This document shows positions 25,081-38,598 of a stretch of 64,000 nt of DNA, piece after piece (within the stretch, counting starts at the first letter, position 1; each line of letters begins with the position of its first letter). The translations under genes and the position numbers were made by a program. Source of the stretch: Octopus sinensis (lineage: Eukaryota); contig NC_043001.1 of assembly GCF_006345805.1 (NCBI RefSeq), forward strand, positions 113,398,001-113,462,000. The letters are read 5' to 3'. The notes under the pieces were generated by a model, which saw only the letters and a list, made by a program, of their open reading frames with translations, was not told the origin of the DNA and did no database searches.

Positions 25081-26046
25081 AGAGTTTAATATTGTATATG
25101 TGTGTGTGAGTGTGAGTAGATATTTTCCCTTCGCTTAATATTAATATAAATAAATATTATACCTGAACACAAGTGCGTTCTTGTAATACGGTATAATGTT
25201 TGTCTACCTTAACATCAGCCGAGTTAATATAATTAAACTCCATATTTCAGATTGAGTACTTTTTCTCTTAACATTCTAAACAGCATATATATATAATATA
25301 TGCGCATGTCTGTGTGTTTGTGTGTGTGCACGCACATATATATATATCTATATAGTAAAGGCATAAATGTTTTTTGAGAAAAGCATGAATGTCATTCAAT
25401 CTCCATACTGTTTATTGTAAATCTGTGATTATGATGACCTCATGACTCACTCATAAATCAATTTATATTATCTACAGAAAGAAAGGCTTTAAGGTGTAGT
25501 GCAAAAACAACAACAACAACAACAAAAGAAAGCAAAAAGCAAAAAGAATAGAACACAGGGCAGCGTACATATCGCAAGCTATGTCTCTCACCATTCATCT
25601 TCTATAATAAATTATCATGAAAAATTTTTTACCTCGTAATTATATTTGTATTTGTAGGAGAAAAACATAATTTGAATTCATGATAAATTTAAATAAAAGT
25701 TGAATATACGAGAACCTAAAAAACACAAACAATTATGTGTATCTCTGTGCGTGTGTATATGCATATACGTATGTAAGTGTACGCGATTGCAAGCTATGTA
25801 GGCATATTCATGCACTAAAACACACGTAATATGTTTGTGTATATATACATAAGTATAAATATGTGTCCGCTTGTCCGTGTGTCCGTGTGTGTATATTTAC
25901 GTATATAAATAAATATATATTAATAGAGGGGTTTGTACATGTAAGTATACAAACATATATATGTACATATGTGTGTGTGTGTGTGTGCATGTGTGTGTAT
26001 GTGGGTTTGTACAATATATTTAATATATAGGTGCATATTTATATAT

Positions 26047-26489
<443 letters not shown>

Positions 26490-26921
26490 ACTGTGTGTGT
26501 ACATATATATAATGGGGAGAAATAGAGAGAGAGAGAGAGAGAGTAAATAGATGAATAATTAAATTTTACTGTGGATTGAAAGGAAAGTAAATGGATTTGG
26601 ACGAATGATTTCATTTTATTAAAGAGAAATGCTGAACTTGTGCAGGAACCTCACATAAATTATACAGTGGAAATTATTTAGTTAACGTTTTACCCCTGAG
26701 GATGCAATACACACAAATGCATAAAACACATTCGTACACACACACATATACCTCACAAAGACACTGACGCACATACGTACACAGACATACACACAAATAT
26801 ATATATACATATAAGTATACACGCATAAAGACAGAAAAGTAGAGAGTACGAGTGAGAGAGATGATTATATTAGAGTTCTGATTAGGAGATGGGTGTAGAA
26901 AATCAACACAAAGTGGAAACA

Positions 26922-26958
<37 letters not shown>

Positions 26959-27449
26959 AGTGTGTATGTGTGTGAGCGCGTGCATGGGCGTGTTCGCACA
27001 TATGTATGAATGTGTGAGTGTGTGTGTGCGCGCGTGTATATATGTATATATATATATATATATATATACATGCAAGAAGGTGGTAGTTTTTGAATTAAAC
27101 GTGGCCTGGGCCGATGCTGACCAATACGTAAGTCAAAATTTACATAGATACGTACATATACACACATAAAACACACACAGACCGATGCATATATAAAAAA
27201 AAAACATTCTATCATATTTAACAAGTTGCTGCACATTCGGACTTGGGAAGACAATACGCTGCACAAGTTGTCTCAGAAGTAGAAAGTCTCGTTATAGACA
27301 CTAAGGGTGTAAGTACAGCACTGCGTCATGAATGGCATTATTCATAATGCTTGTAACGAAAATTTCGGGGTCTCGAAACAATTTGTGCATGTGCGAATGT
27401 ATGCGAACAGGTTAAATAAAACTGTACATAACTGTATTTTAAGCAATAT

Positions 27450-28106
27450 ATATATATTTAAGATCAAATCTAACTTTACTTGTGCCTCTGAAAACATAAT
27501 TTATGTTATTAAATGCTCGGGCTGCCACCAAGACTACGTGGGTTCCACGGGACTATCACTCAGGCGCAGATGCACACTGCATCGACAACAGATTGCATTC
27601 CCAGAATATAGAATGATACCTTTTAGTGAGCACATTGAGAAATGCGCAAAGCAACTACTGCCACAATTTTTAATCTTCCCATTTTACCAATGTGCTTTCG
27701 GATCATCAACACAAATGAGACTGAACAAGGAAACATTCTTCATTGAAAAGTACAAACCCAGACTCAACCATCCGAACATACTGACACAGAGAAATTAACA
27801 AGGAAAAGGGAAAAAAAATTTTTAAGCGATTATCTCCCTACACCGGAAAAAATCACTCACTACCTCCCCTTATTTAGAAATCTCCTGGAAATAAAAACAA
27901 CGATAATTCCATGCAATATAAACATAACGTCACAAGAAATTTGAAAAGCTACACGCGAAACCGGTAATTTCTTTAAAAATTTTTTAAATTATGTCATTTT
28001 AAGGAAAGGAAAAAAATTTTTCCAATATTCTCCAGACATTTGGACACAAATATATATATTTTTTAACATTTAAGCCTTCTGTCGTTTTTTCACACTTTAC
28101 TATTTT

Positions 28107-28110
<4 letters not shown>
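27450..28110 (+). mobile_element. 5'-truncated Penelope-like element: open GIY-YIG endonuclease frame plus pLTR
   Basis: FTCASENIIYVIKCSGCHQDYVGSTG..LRRR..LHRQQI..PFSEHIEKC..RLNKETFFIEKYKPRLN, a PLE-type GIY-YIG domain with Cys/His motif; stop at 27798. Confidence 0.9.
27934..27973 (+). ncRNA. Minimal type I hammerhead ribozyme motif, U3-A8 core variant
   Basis: AAGAAAT-TTGAAAA-GC.TACAC.GC-GAAAC-CG-GTA-ATTTCTT: 7-bp stem I, 2-bp stem II, palindromic stem III ACCGGT, GUA cleavage triplet. Confidence 0.65.
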
Positions 28111-28164
<54 letters not shown>

Positions 28165-28290
28165 CTATATATATATATATATATATTCTTGGTTTTTGTA
28201 TTTGGTTTACAAGACTCTTGATGTGAATCCGTGTGTTGAAACACATTTTCCTGTATCTTGGGCGAGTCTTTACTATTAGTTATAAACACT

Positions 28291-28371
<81 letters not shown>

Positions 28372-28397
28372 TATACATACATATATATATACATACA

Positions 28398-29000
28398 AGG
28401 CTACCTGCGACCCGTTGGGTTACCAGTTGATCAAGGTACCGAAAAAACCGTGTATCTCGGTAACCCGTGGTTCGATTTACGCAAACTTGCTTTATTCCGT
28501 TTGTGTTCACATGAGTATCCGACTCAAGACGTCTCTTGCTTTTGTCTCTTTCCATCTGTTTCACCAGACGCCCAGCTCTCTGAGTGTCTGATTCCTGATC
28601 CCTCCTGCTTCTGTCTCTTTTCCTCTGTTCCACCAGACGCTCGGCCCTTGCTTTATCAGTTTCATCGATCCTTATATTCGCATACCTGTCCTGATCTTGG
28701 GTAAGTATTTCGTAAAGGACTGTTCGGTGTGAAATAATTTTTTCCACATTTTTTTTCCAAGTGCATTCAACGTATCTCACCTCCAAATCCACCGCAAGCC
28801 ACTTTCTTTTGGAAAAGAAAGTGCGGAAAGGTTGTGGGGAACTCGGAGTTTCCTGAGAAACTCTGGGTTTTGTTTCGTGAGCTTATTTTACTTTTCCAGG
28901 TTATTTCGCATGCTTTCAACGTATGTGACATCGAGATCACGCTTTGTGAAGTATGACTCTGACAGACAACATATTTCATATTTTACTTAATAAAAGTAAC
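28398..29000 (-). mobile_element. Non-autonomous Helitron-like derivative retaining an N-terminal basic repeat ORF
   Basis: ORF 28289-28792 has two copies of ESDTQRA(E/G)RL.(E/K)Q(R/M)(K/E)RD.S.RR; 3' hairpin gtaacccaacgggtcgc just before the (TA)n flank. Confidence 0.45.
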
Positions 29001-30299
29001 ATCAAATAAACTAACCAGTTGCCGTAAGTAAACTTCAAATCAAGAGCGAAGTCTCTACTTCGTTGTGCGACCTAGAGGAACTATCAGCCATATTTGCCTA
29101 AAATCACACTCTACCGTCTTAAAGAAAACAGCATACTGTTTGATACAATACATTTAAAAACACTGCTTGGTCATAGGCAGCATATATTTGACCAGATACA
29201 TGTTGAATCAGGGCCTTTGTGTGTATCGTCTTAAAACGGATGGATTAATGTGAGAATGGAATAGAAAATACTCTACATTTGAAAACAAGAGACGCCATGT
29301 TAAATCTGTGCACTTTTTATTATATTAGTATTCTATTCTGTTGAGATTAAATACTTGCTTATATAAAGTAGCTTCTCATCCGGATTAGTAGTTTCTAGTG
29401 TCTAGGAATTTTATTTAATCTAGAAAAATAATTACATGTAAAGTAAGATTTAAAAAGTGTTGTTCAAATCTTTTCTTTTGTTTTCTAATGCACTTTCATG
29501 CTTGTCTTTTGAGATTATAAAAATATTTTTTGCGAATTTTACCAAAACTTTTGAATATATTTCTTGTCATGTCCAGTGTACAGAAACCGTCTATTTCACA
29601 TAACTCAGCACTTTCATAAACACCTTGTTTTAAATTCAGTACAGCATTGCAACATTCCGCCAATAGAGAAATACTGGACAAAACCAAAATCTTCGGTATT
29701 CTATTATTTTACTACTTTAAATCTTTGCACTCTGAGCATGTTGGGACACAGCCAGCAATGACTTTAGTGGATCATACCTATTCCGTTACTTATTCCACTC
29801 TGGTACTAAGTTAATCGATTTCTATGTATCGAACGAATAAGTTAACTTTAAGTGTAAAGAAACGTAACTCAATGTACTGATATTTGCTGGCATACACAAA
29901 CACATATACAAACATGCGAACGCACACATACACATACACACGAGCGCGCGCACACACCCTTATAAAATTCACGTCGGTCTTTCCACTTGACACTGTGTTA
30001 AAAAAATATATATATTTAATTTATCACGAGCCATCTCAAAAAGTAAATATGAACATTTAACTATACACTGGGCGAATAGTTTAATTCCTGACAGTTTTAT
30101 GCCAGCTGAATATTTCAAGTTGTCATCTGAACAAAGTATTTGGCTACGTGTTCTTTGAGAGCGTCGACAAATCATGAAACGGTCCTTTAGAAGACTAACC
30201 AGCTTTTTTTTCGCAACAAACATTCGAATTCGAATAATAAAAGCATAGAAAGAATGTGCTGAATTTTTTGATAATTTACTGTCCCAGCTAAAGGCTTTC

Positions 30300-30374
<75 letters not shown>

Positions 30375-30389
30375 ACACACACATACATA

Positions 30390-30730
30390 TGCCTCAGGAA
30401 TTCGGCAGACCCATTGACACATATCAAAATTGTGGATGACATGAGGTAGCCTAAACTGAAAGTGTTTGAATTGGCATACTACTAACCATATACCCAAAGT
30501 CCAAATAGTTATACACACACAAACATATATGCTTGTGTGTATATATATATTAGCCACTACACACATTTTTTCCTCTTCTTGTTTCTCTCCTTGTTTTCGG
30601 TCCTTCTCTGTTGAAGGGCGTAGGCTCGAAACGTAAAAGACTTTTTCTATTCCTGAGCGTTTATATAATACATCTGTTTGTTTTGTACACCACCGTCTTC
30701 GTCTTTTGTCTTTTTCGTAAACTCTCCATA
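30390..30730 (+). mobile_element. Diverged family C SINE core followed by a hammerhead-like-motif repeat
   Basis: Core ..gaggtagcctaaactgaaag; CTGTTGA-A-GGGC.GTAG.GCTC-GAAAC-GTA at 30608-30635. Confidence 0.45.
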
Positions 30731-31483
30731 TATATAATATTATATATATTATATCTACACACACACACACATACATATACTAAAGCATATTATACACAGG
30801 TCTTGCTCAGTATATACGCTATTATTAAAAGTTATATTTGATTAGTTGATGTTATTGTTGTTGTTTAGGGCCAGAGTAGCTCAAATCAATTAATGGCATC
30901 CTATCCTTGACCGTCCAATTTTTTCTCCTTAAATTGACAATACAGCGTCTAATCTGAGTGATATTTGGCTGCTATGATACTAAAGATAAGAATGAATATC
31001 ATGGATATATTGTGAACGTGTTAACAAGACGATGATATTGCCAACTACGGTGGGAGGCAGGTATGGCTTCTGAGGCCCCCAGTCATGCTTGCAACAGTGC
31101 TACGAGACTTCGAGTTCACTCTATCTACGGGGTAGTGTCTTAGGTCATGTGTTTTCTTAAACCATGTAAAACGGCTTTGTAGATAAAACTGGATGAATTA
31201 ATTCTAATCTGATGTTGTAGACGTAATCCGTCGTTGCGTTTTACTCCACCACTTTTCCTCGAGAGTATTTATCGGACACCGCGCTGTTGCAAGCATTTGG
31301 GCTTAGTCTTCGGTGGAGGAAAACCTCTTACTTCCTCCACCAGTCAGAGAATCCCAGAAAAAGAGGGAGACTACCACTCTTCGTTTGACTCATTCATAAG
31401 AGAAATAAAAAATTAGAATATAAGGAAAAATATAAAAATAAAAGCAGACACAACAACAGAAAATATTTTCTATACAAATCTAT

Positions 31484-31861
31484 AGGCGTAGGAGTGGCTG
31501 TGTGGTAAGTAGCTTGCTTTCAACCACATGGTTCTGGGTTCAGCCCCACTGCGTAGCACCTTGGGCAAGGGTCTTCTACTATAGCCTCGGGCCGACCAAA
31601 GCCTTGTGAGTGGATTTGGTAGACGGAAACTGAAAGAAGCCCGTCGTATATAAATATATATATATATATGTATGTGCGTGTCTTTGTTTGTGTGTCTGTG
31701 TTTGTCCCCCCAACATCGCTTGACAACCGATGCTGGTGTGTTTACGTCCCCGTAACTTAGCGGTTCGGTAAAGGAGACCGATAGAATAAGTACTGGGCTT
31801 CCAAAGAATAAGTCCTGGGGTCGATTTGCTCGACTAAAGGTGGTGCTCCAGCATGGCCGAG
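31484..31861 (+). mobile_element. SINE family C
   Basis: aggcgtaggagtggctgtgtggtaag..ccagcatggcc. Confidence 0.9.
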
Positions 31862-32159
31862 TAAATCGACTTCGGTACTGATTACTTGTTCTATCATTCA
31901 TATTACCGAACCGATAAATTATGGGGACTTAAGCAAACCAACGCCCGTTGTCAAGCAGTTTGCATGGTGGGTAACCAGAAATCCAAAGACACATATACGC
32001 ATACATAATGAGCTTCCACACAGCTTCCGTCTAGCGAATTCACTCACAAGGCGTTAGTCGGCCTGGGCTACAGTAGAATTTACTTGTCCACCGTGAAGCT
32101 CAGTAGGGGACTGAACCCAAACCCACTTGGTTATAAAGAGAGATTCTTAATGGCATATC

Positions 32160-32640
32160 CATGCATGTGTCCTTTATAGCAAGAAGTTGTCTGGAAAATC
32201 TAATATATGACCTACACAAAGGCCAAGCAAAGCAGAAGAGGATATGTAAACTTGATCGCTTTCAGAGGAGTCAAGGAAAAGAAGGTGAAGTAGAAACCAT
32301 TTTTATCGCAGCAGACGTCAACTCCAAACCAACTACAACCGAAAAACCATTTAAAGGAGCTGATTATTCAATGTAGTCAAGAGAATATGTGGAGGTTGTG
32401 AATAAATATCATCCATCATATAGCTTCTGGCTGCCCAGTATGAGTTACTGTGGAGGTTATAAACAAAGATGATAGCGTTTGAGATTTCATATATTTGCAG
32501 CCTGTCAGAATTAAGGAACAACTAGTGAAAGAAAGGGGGTTGCAAACATTAGATTACAAAGGGTTTTAAAAGAGTCTGGGAAATGTCAGTTGATAGAAGT
32601 AGGGAGATTATTAAGGTCTAATGCACAGACATTTATTGTC
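32160..32640 (+). mobile_element. Highly degenerate R4/Dong-like LINE fragment (RT C-terminus / CCHC region)
   Basis: EVETIFIAADVNS and ..IHHIASGCPV resemble the ETEG.IIAAQDQ and H.ISGC motifs. Confidence 0.45.
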
Positions 32641-33309
32641 AAGGAGTAAGAAAAATATACAAAGATTTCGTATCTAAAATTCAAACGGACGTACACAGAA
32701 ACATATACATAGATATATTCATACATGCATGCATAGGAGCTCTGGAATAAATACACACGCTAGTCTACGCACGCATGTATGTGTGTATGTGTGTGCGTGT
32801 GTGTATGTGTGTGCGCACGCTCATCTTTGTGTGGGGTGTGTGCGCGCGCATTTAGTGCTTATGTGGGCTAAAAATTATCAATCAAGATCGAACTTTTGTA
32901 GCAAAAATCAGAATTGAACAGATATGTGAATTGCAATATACAGACATGTATATATATGTATATATATAATATATACGTGGATGTTTATAAATAACAATAT
33001 ACATGTACGTATATATATATATATATGTATTATATGTATATGTGAATATAAATAAATACAGATATGCACACACACACACCCATAGATATGAACGTATATA
33101 CATATATACGCGCTTGTATTCTTCTTTATTCCAAACTACCGAAAGAGCCAACATGGGTTTAATTTCACTGCGAGACTCAAAGAATACACACTACGCGTGC
33201 GTGTGTATAAATACATACATACGTGTACATACATGCATGCATACATATATACATACTTACATATATACGTATATACATTATATACATATATATATACATA
33301 TACATATAC

Positions 33310-33368
<59 letters not shown>

Positions 33369-33405
33369 TTATTTGAGGGAATATTATTTCTAACTTATAG
33401 GGAAT

Positions 33406-33457
<52 letters not shown>

Positions 33458-34609
33458 CATACATATATACATATACACATGCACATATATATATATATAA
33501 TATAATATACATACTCATATACATACATACATACATGCATACATGCATATATATGTACATACAAAAGCGTGCGCACACGCACACATATTCCCAGACACAC
33601 AAACATGCATATACATATATATATTTATATACCCGACCGTATACGTCGGTTTTATTTCTTTCTTTCTACCCCGTTGTAGGTTATGATGCAACATCATATC
33701 AAACAAAAGATCGCAGTGTAAAATCTGATTAAAAATATTATGATTAATGTATTATTGGGAAATAAAGATACAACAGAGATTTTTCCATAGAAGAAAACAT
33801 AAATTTCATGGTTATATAGATATTAACAGAGAAAAAATATAAGCATACAGGCGCATGCGTGTCTGCCTGTGTTCATGCGTACATGTATATGTATGTAAGT
33901 ATGTATGTATGTATGTATGTATGTATGTATGTATGTATGTATGTATGTATGTATGTATGTATTTATGTCTGTATGTATGTATTTATGTATGTGTGTATGT
34001 ATGTATCTATGTATGTATGTATGTATGTACGTACGTATGTGTGTATGTATGTGTGTGTGTTTGTGTAGTTTGCTAGTGTGGATTTGTGTGTATGTGTATA
34101 CAAATGTATGTGTGTGTATACATGTGAAACGATTGTGGAATTTATCATTATCATGAATGTAAAAGAAACACTCGAGTATTGATAATACAATATAAAAAAA
34201 AATAGACATGCCGGCGGTGTTGCTGCTGATGGTGATGATGATGGTGATGGGGATGACGATGATGGTGATGCTATTGGTATTGATGAAGATGATGATGATG
34301 ATGATGGTGACGACAACGGCCACGACGATTGCGTGAAGGTAATGACGACGATAGTGGTGGTATTGGTACTCATGATGATGATGATGATGATGATGATGAT
34401 TATGATGATGACGACGACGACGCTGACGATGACGCTGACGATTGCGATGATTTTTACGACGGCGATGATGGTTTGAATTATTTGATATTAATTTAAGAAA
34501 ATGTTAAAGTTAAAAAAATCGTGTTGACGACGTTGATGATGATTATTATGCTGCTGCTGCTGTTGTTGTTGTGAAGCAACAAGACGGGAAAGGGTGATTA
34601 GGTGATGGT

Positions 34610-34969
34610 TTAGGGCTTAGGGGAGGGAGACCCCCAGACCTTGGGGGAAAAAAAAAGAACTTTGGTCGTCTTGTTGTAGTCGAGAGCTCTTCGTTGACGC
34701 CCGACACCATTGGGAGGTGGCCCACGAAGTCGCTGGAAATGGAGATCTCCAGGTCCAAATTCTTGAACGGCTGCTGCTGCTGCTGATGGTGGTGGCGATA
34801 AATGACGTCGACAACGACCACGACGGTGACGCTGATGTTGATGACGATGTTGATCATTCTCTTCCTGACGATAATGAAAATGTCGATAGTGATGATGATG
34901 ATGATGATGAGATGATGATGATGATGATGATGATGATGTGATGATGATGATGATGATGATAACATCCAT
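34610..34969 (-). CDS. Candidate ORF or terminal exon: His/Arg-rich segment, PPPSAAAAAVQEFGPGDLHFQRLRGPPPNGVGRQRRALDYNKTTK
   Basis: GC-rich island with G-rich first codon positions in this frame; acaATGG start at 34969, or an acceptor cattttcattatcgtcag|G at 34864. No recognisable domain. Confidence 0.3.
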   Translation of the reverse strand: MDVIIIIIIITSSSSSSSSSHHHHHHHYRHFHYRQEENDQHRHQHQRHRRGRCRRHLSPPPSAAAAAVQEFGPGDLHFQRLRGPPPNGVGRQRRALDYNKTTKVLFFSPKVWGSPSPKP

Positions 34970-35029
34970 TGTAATATGTAAAGATCTGTTGAAATATTTT
35001 TCGCTGTAAAGTGCGATAGAGAATATTCT

Positions 35030-35460
35030 TTTCTACACTAGGTCAAGGCCCGAAATGTTTGGGGAGGGTGTCAGTCGATTACATCGATCCCAGTACGCAA
35101 CTGCTACTTAATTCATCAACCTCGAAAGGATGTGGAAGGCAAAGTCGACCTCGGCGGAATTTGAACTCAGAACATGAAGACAGACGAAATACAGCTAAGC
35201 ATTTCATCCGGCATGCTAACGTTTCTTATTTCTTTATTGCCCACAAGGGGCTAAGCTAAACATAAAGGGGACAAACAAGAACTGACAAAGAGTTTAAGTC
35301 GATTACATCGATTTCAGTACGCAACTGGTACTCAATTCATCGACCCCGAAAGGAAGACAAAGTCGACCTCGGCGGTATTTGAACTGAGAACATGCAGACA
35401 TACGGAATACCACTAAGTATTTCATCCGGCCTGCTAACGTTTCTGCTAGCTTGTCGCCTT
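35030..35460 (-). mobile_element. Head-to-tail dimer of SINE family M with two different tails
   Basis: Two consecutive central domains at 35070-35200 and 35300-35460. Confidence 0.8.
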
Positions 35461-35509
35461 AGTGATAGGGAATATCAACTAAAAATTGAACAACACATAG
35501 GCACATACA

Positions 35510-35553
<44 letters not shown>

Positions 35554-35769
35554 TATACACATGCACTCACACATATATGAGCACAGTCTGCAGCATATTT
35601 ACATATATATGGCAAATTTTATATAGGGTCATATGTGTACATACGTATACATGCATATGTATCCATTCTTCTATGTATGACCACTTGCACAAACACATAA
35701 ACACACACATACACGCACACATATACGTCTACATACATACATGCATACATATATAGTATAACATGCATT

Positions 35770-35821
<52 letters not shown>

Positions 35822-36271
35822 TAGGCGCACGTGTGTAGTTCTACTGTGTAATGTGTAATTCGATCAACTTTTCTTTCCGCATTTAAATTATATATACATA
35901 TATACATGCATGCATACATACATACATACATACATACATGCATAAGCCGAAGGATATTAAATCAATTCTTAAAATTATGGATCGTAAGAAAGATAAATAC
36001 TCTCTCTTTCCCTCCCACCCTCTCTCTCTCCCTCTCCCCGATACATACACACACATGCATCCATATATGTATATTTGTTTCCTATTGACCTTCGCCATAC
36101 GGAAAATTTAGCCAACATTCTAGTTTGGCACCACTAAACTCTTCCAAAGAATAGAAAACTAACTTCAATCGACAGATAGGATTGCTTAATTCTTACGTCC
36201 AAGTATGTATGTATGTATGTATGTATGTATGTATGTTGTATGTATGTATGTATATATGTATGTATATACAT

Positions 36272-36305
<34 letters not shown>

Positions 36306-36467
36306 TACACATATATACTTATATATATATAAATATATATATATATGTATATATATATATACATATACAGACATGATAAAAGCAGACGAATGTGCTATTT
36401 AGCATTGCTACAATTGTTTCTTTAAGATTCTTTATTTGATATATACATACACTATATATATATATGT

Positions 36468-36525
<58 letters not shown>

Positions 36526-37057
36526 TATATATGCGCATTTGTATTTATATGTATATAAAATCAATATATTTATGAATAAACATATCTAAAAATCAAAAGC
36601 CAATTGGTGCCAAGTGTTCAGTGCAGACACAAACATCGAGAGATACGGCATTATATAAGCCCATTAATGTTACGTGATTATCAACGCTGATATCATGAAC
36701 ATCACCGTAATCTCTACACCAAGTTAATGCACCAGATATAAACTCGCTACATCACTTTTTAGTCTTCTTTTGCACCGTATATATTTGCTATCCCTCATAT
36801 CACATACACCCCCGCTTATATGCCGCACTCACACACGAACGTGTACGCACAAAGACACGTGATATACGCATACATAAACCCGCACATACACATGAAAAAC
36901 GAACATTATTTAATGCCATACCGAGATAAATTACTGACTCATTGGCTGTGTGGTTAAGAAGCGTTCCTTGAAACCACGCGGTTTCGAGTTCAGTCCCATA
37001 TACTTTCACAATGTCTTGGGGGTGAATTCCTTGATTGAAGTTTTTTTCAGTCCACTA

Positions 37058-37128
<71 letters not shown>

Positions 37129-37134
37129 TTCTTT

Positions 37135-37362
37135 CTTTCTTATTGCCATCTGGGGCTAAATATAGAGGATACCAAACAAGAGAGACAAAAGGATTAAGTT
37201 TATTACATTGACCCAGTGCGTAACTGGTACTTATTTAATCGACCCAGAAAAGACGAAAGTCAAAGTCGACCTCGGCGGAACTTGAACTCAGTACGTAACG
37301 GCAGACGAAATACGGCTACGCATTTCGCCCGGCGTGCTAATGATTCTGCCAGCTCACCGCCT
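37135..37362 (-). mobile_element. SINE family M
   Basis: Head, central domain and type-B tail. Confidence 0.85.
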
Positions 37363-37511
37363 ATGTATATATATATTAAGGACCTCATTCGGTCAGGAAT
37401 AACTGGGATTGCACCTAGAAAGTTATATATATAAAATTTGCCTGCAACTAATCCAAGATTGAGCCAGGAATACATTTAAATTATTTAAAATATTATTTTA
37501 TATAAGAAAGT

Positions 37512-37850
37512 ATTCTTTTATTCTTTTATTTGTTCCAATCATTTAACTGCAGTCATGCTGGAACGTTGCCTTTAGTCGCACAAATCGACCCCAGGACTTA
37601 TTCTTTGTAAGCCGGTTACTTGTTTTATCGGTCTCTTTTGCCGAGACGTAAACACACCAGCATCGGTTGTCAAGTGATGGTATGGGGACAGTCACAAACA
37701 TATATGTATATGTGTGTGTGTGTGAGGTAAGTAGACGCAGGAGTGGCCGTGTGGGTAAGTAGCTTACTTATCAACCTTCATGGTTTCGGGTTCAGTCCCG
37801 CTGTGTAGCACCTGGGGCAAGTGTCTTCTACTATAGCCTCGGGCCGACAT
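37512..37850. mobile_element. Family C SINE tail (minus) joined to a family C head (plus)
   Basis: Tail 37512-37690 on the minus strand; head gacgcaggagtggccgtgtgggtaag 37735-37850 on the plus strand. Confidence 0.65.
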
Positions 37851-37986
37851 TTATGGACGCACCCTATCGTTTAGACTAGTGTTTCTCAAACTAGGACGCT
37901 AAACTTGATTCTAGGAAGTATTTCTAACTCAAATTAAACTTCGAATATTTAAGGAAGAGTGTTGACCGGTTCGACTAATCATCCAA

Positions 37987-38511
37987 TCTCTCTATATATA
38001 AAGCTGAAGTTGTCTGTGTATGGCAAGTTTGGTAGCCTTCAATTAACATTATCTCCTCCGAGATCCTGCGGCGCAAGTTGACCAAAATTGAGAGTATGAT
38101 AGAAGAAGGCATGCTCTTCCGCCCGTAGAACAAAAATTCAAATCGGACCATGTTAACACCAAAACTTATTTACATCAAAAAGGTGCTTTTTTTCTATGAC
38201 AATCCCTATTTTTTACGATTTTTTTTACTGCTGTGTCGCCATTGTTTGGTGTATTTCAACAAGAAAAATATTCACTTAAAGAGAATAACAAGCTACATAA
38301 TGCAAAAGTTTTACTTTTCTAAAATTCTAATTCTAAAGGGTTGAAACAAACCCGAGCAACGTCGGGCGATACCGCTTGTAGGATGATAAACTTACTAAGG
38401 CTTAAGACACACAAATGGTTTGTTGGGAAATTTTTCAGTCGTTTCTACGCAGCGTTCGTATGCTTTAAAGGGTCGAAACAAACCTAGAGCAACGCCGGGC
38501 GATACTGCTAG
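37987..38511 (+). mobile_element. Non-autonomous Helitron-type element
   Basis: A|TC 5' end (tctctctatatataaagctgaagttgtctg); 3' hairpin cc.gagcaacgccggg followed by CTAG|T at 38508-38512. An earlier 3' end (cttg) at 38375-38378. Confidence 0.7.
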
Positions 38512-38598
38512 TAGGATGATAAACATACTAAGGCTTAAGTCACACAAATGGTTAATTGGGAAATTTTTCAGTCGTTTCTACGCAGCGTTCGTATACTT
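38334..38598 (+). repeat. Tandem duplication of a ~132-bp unit spanning the Helitron 3' end plus ~85 bp of flank
   Basis: 38334-38465 and 38466-38598 are collinear with a few substitutions. Confidence 0.9.
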
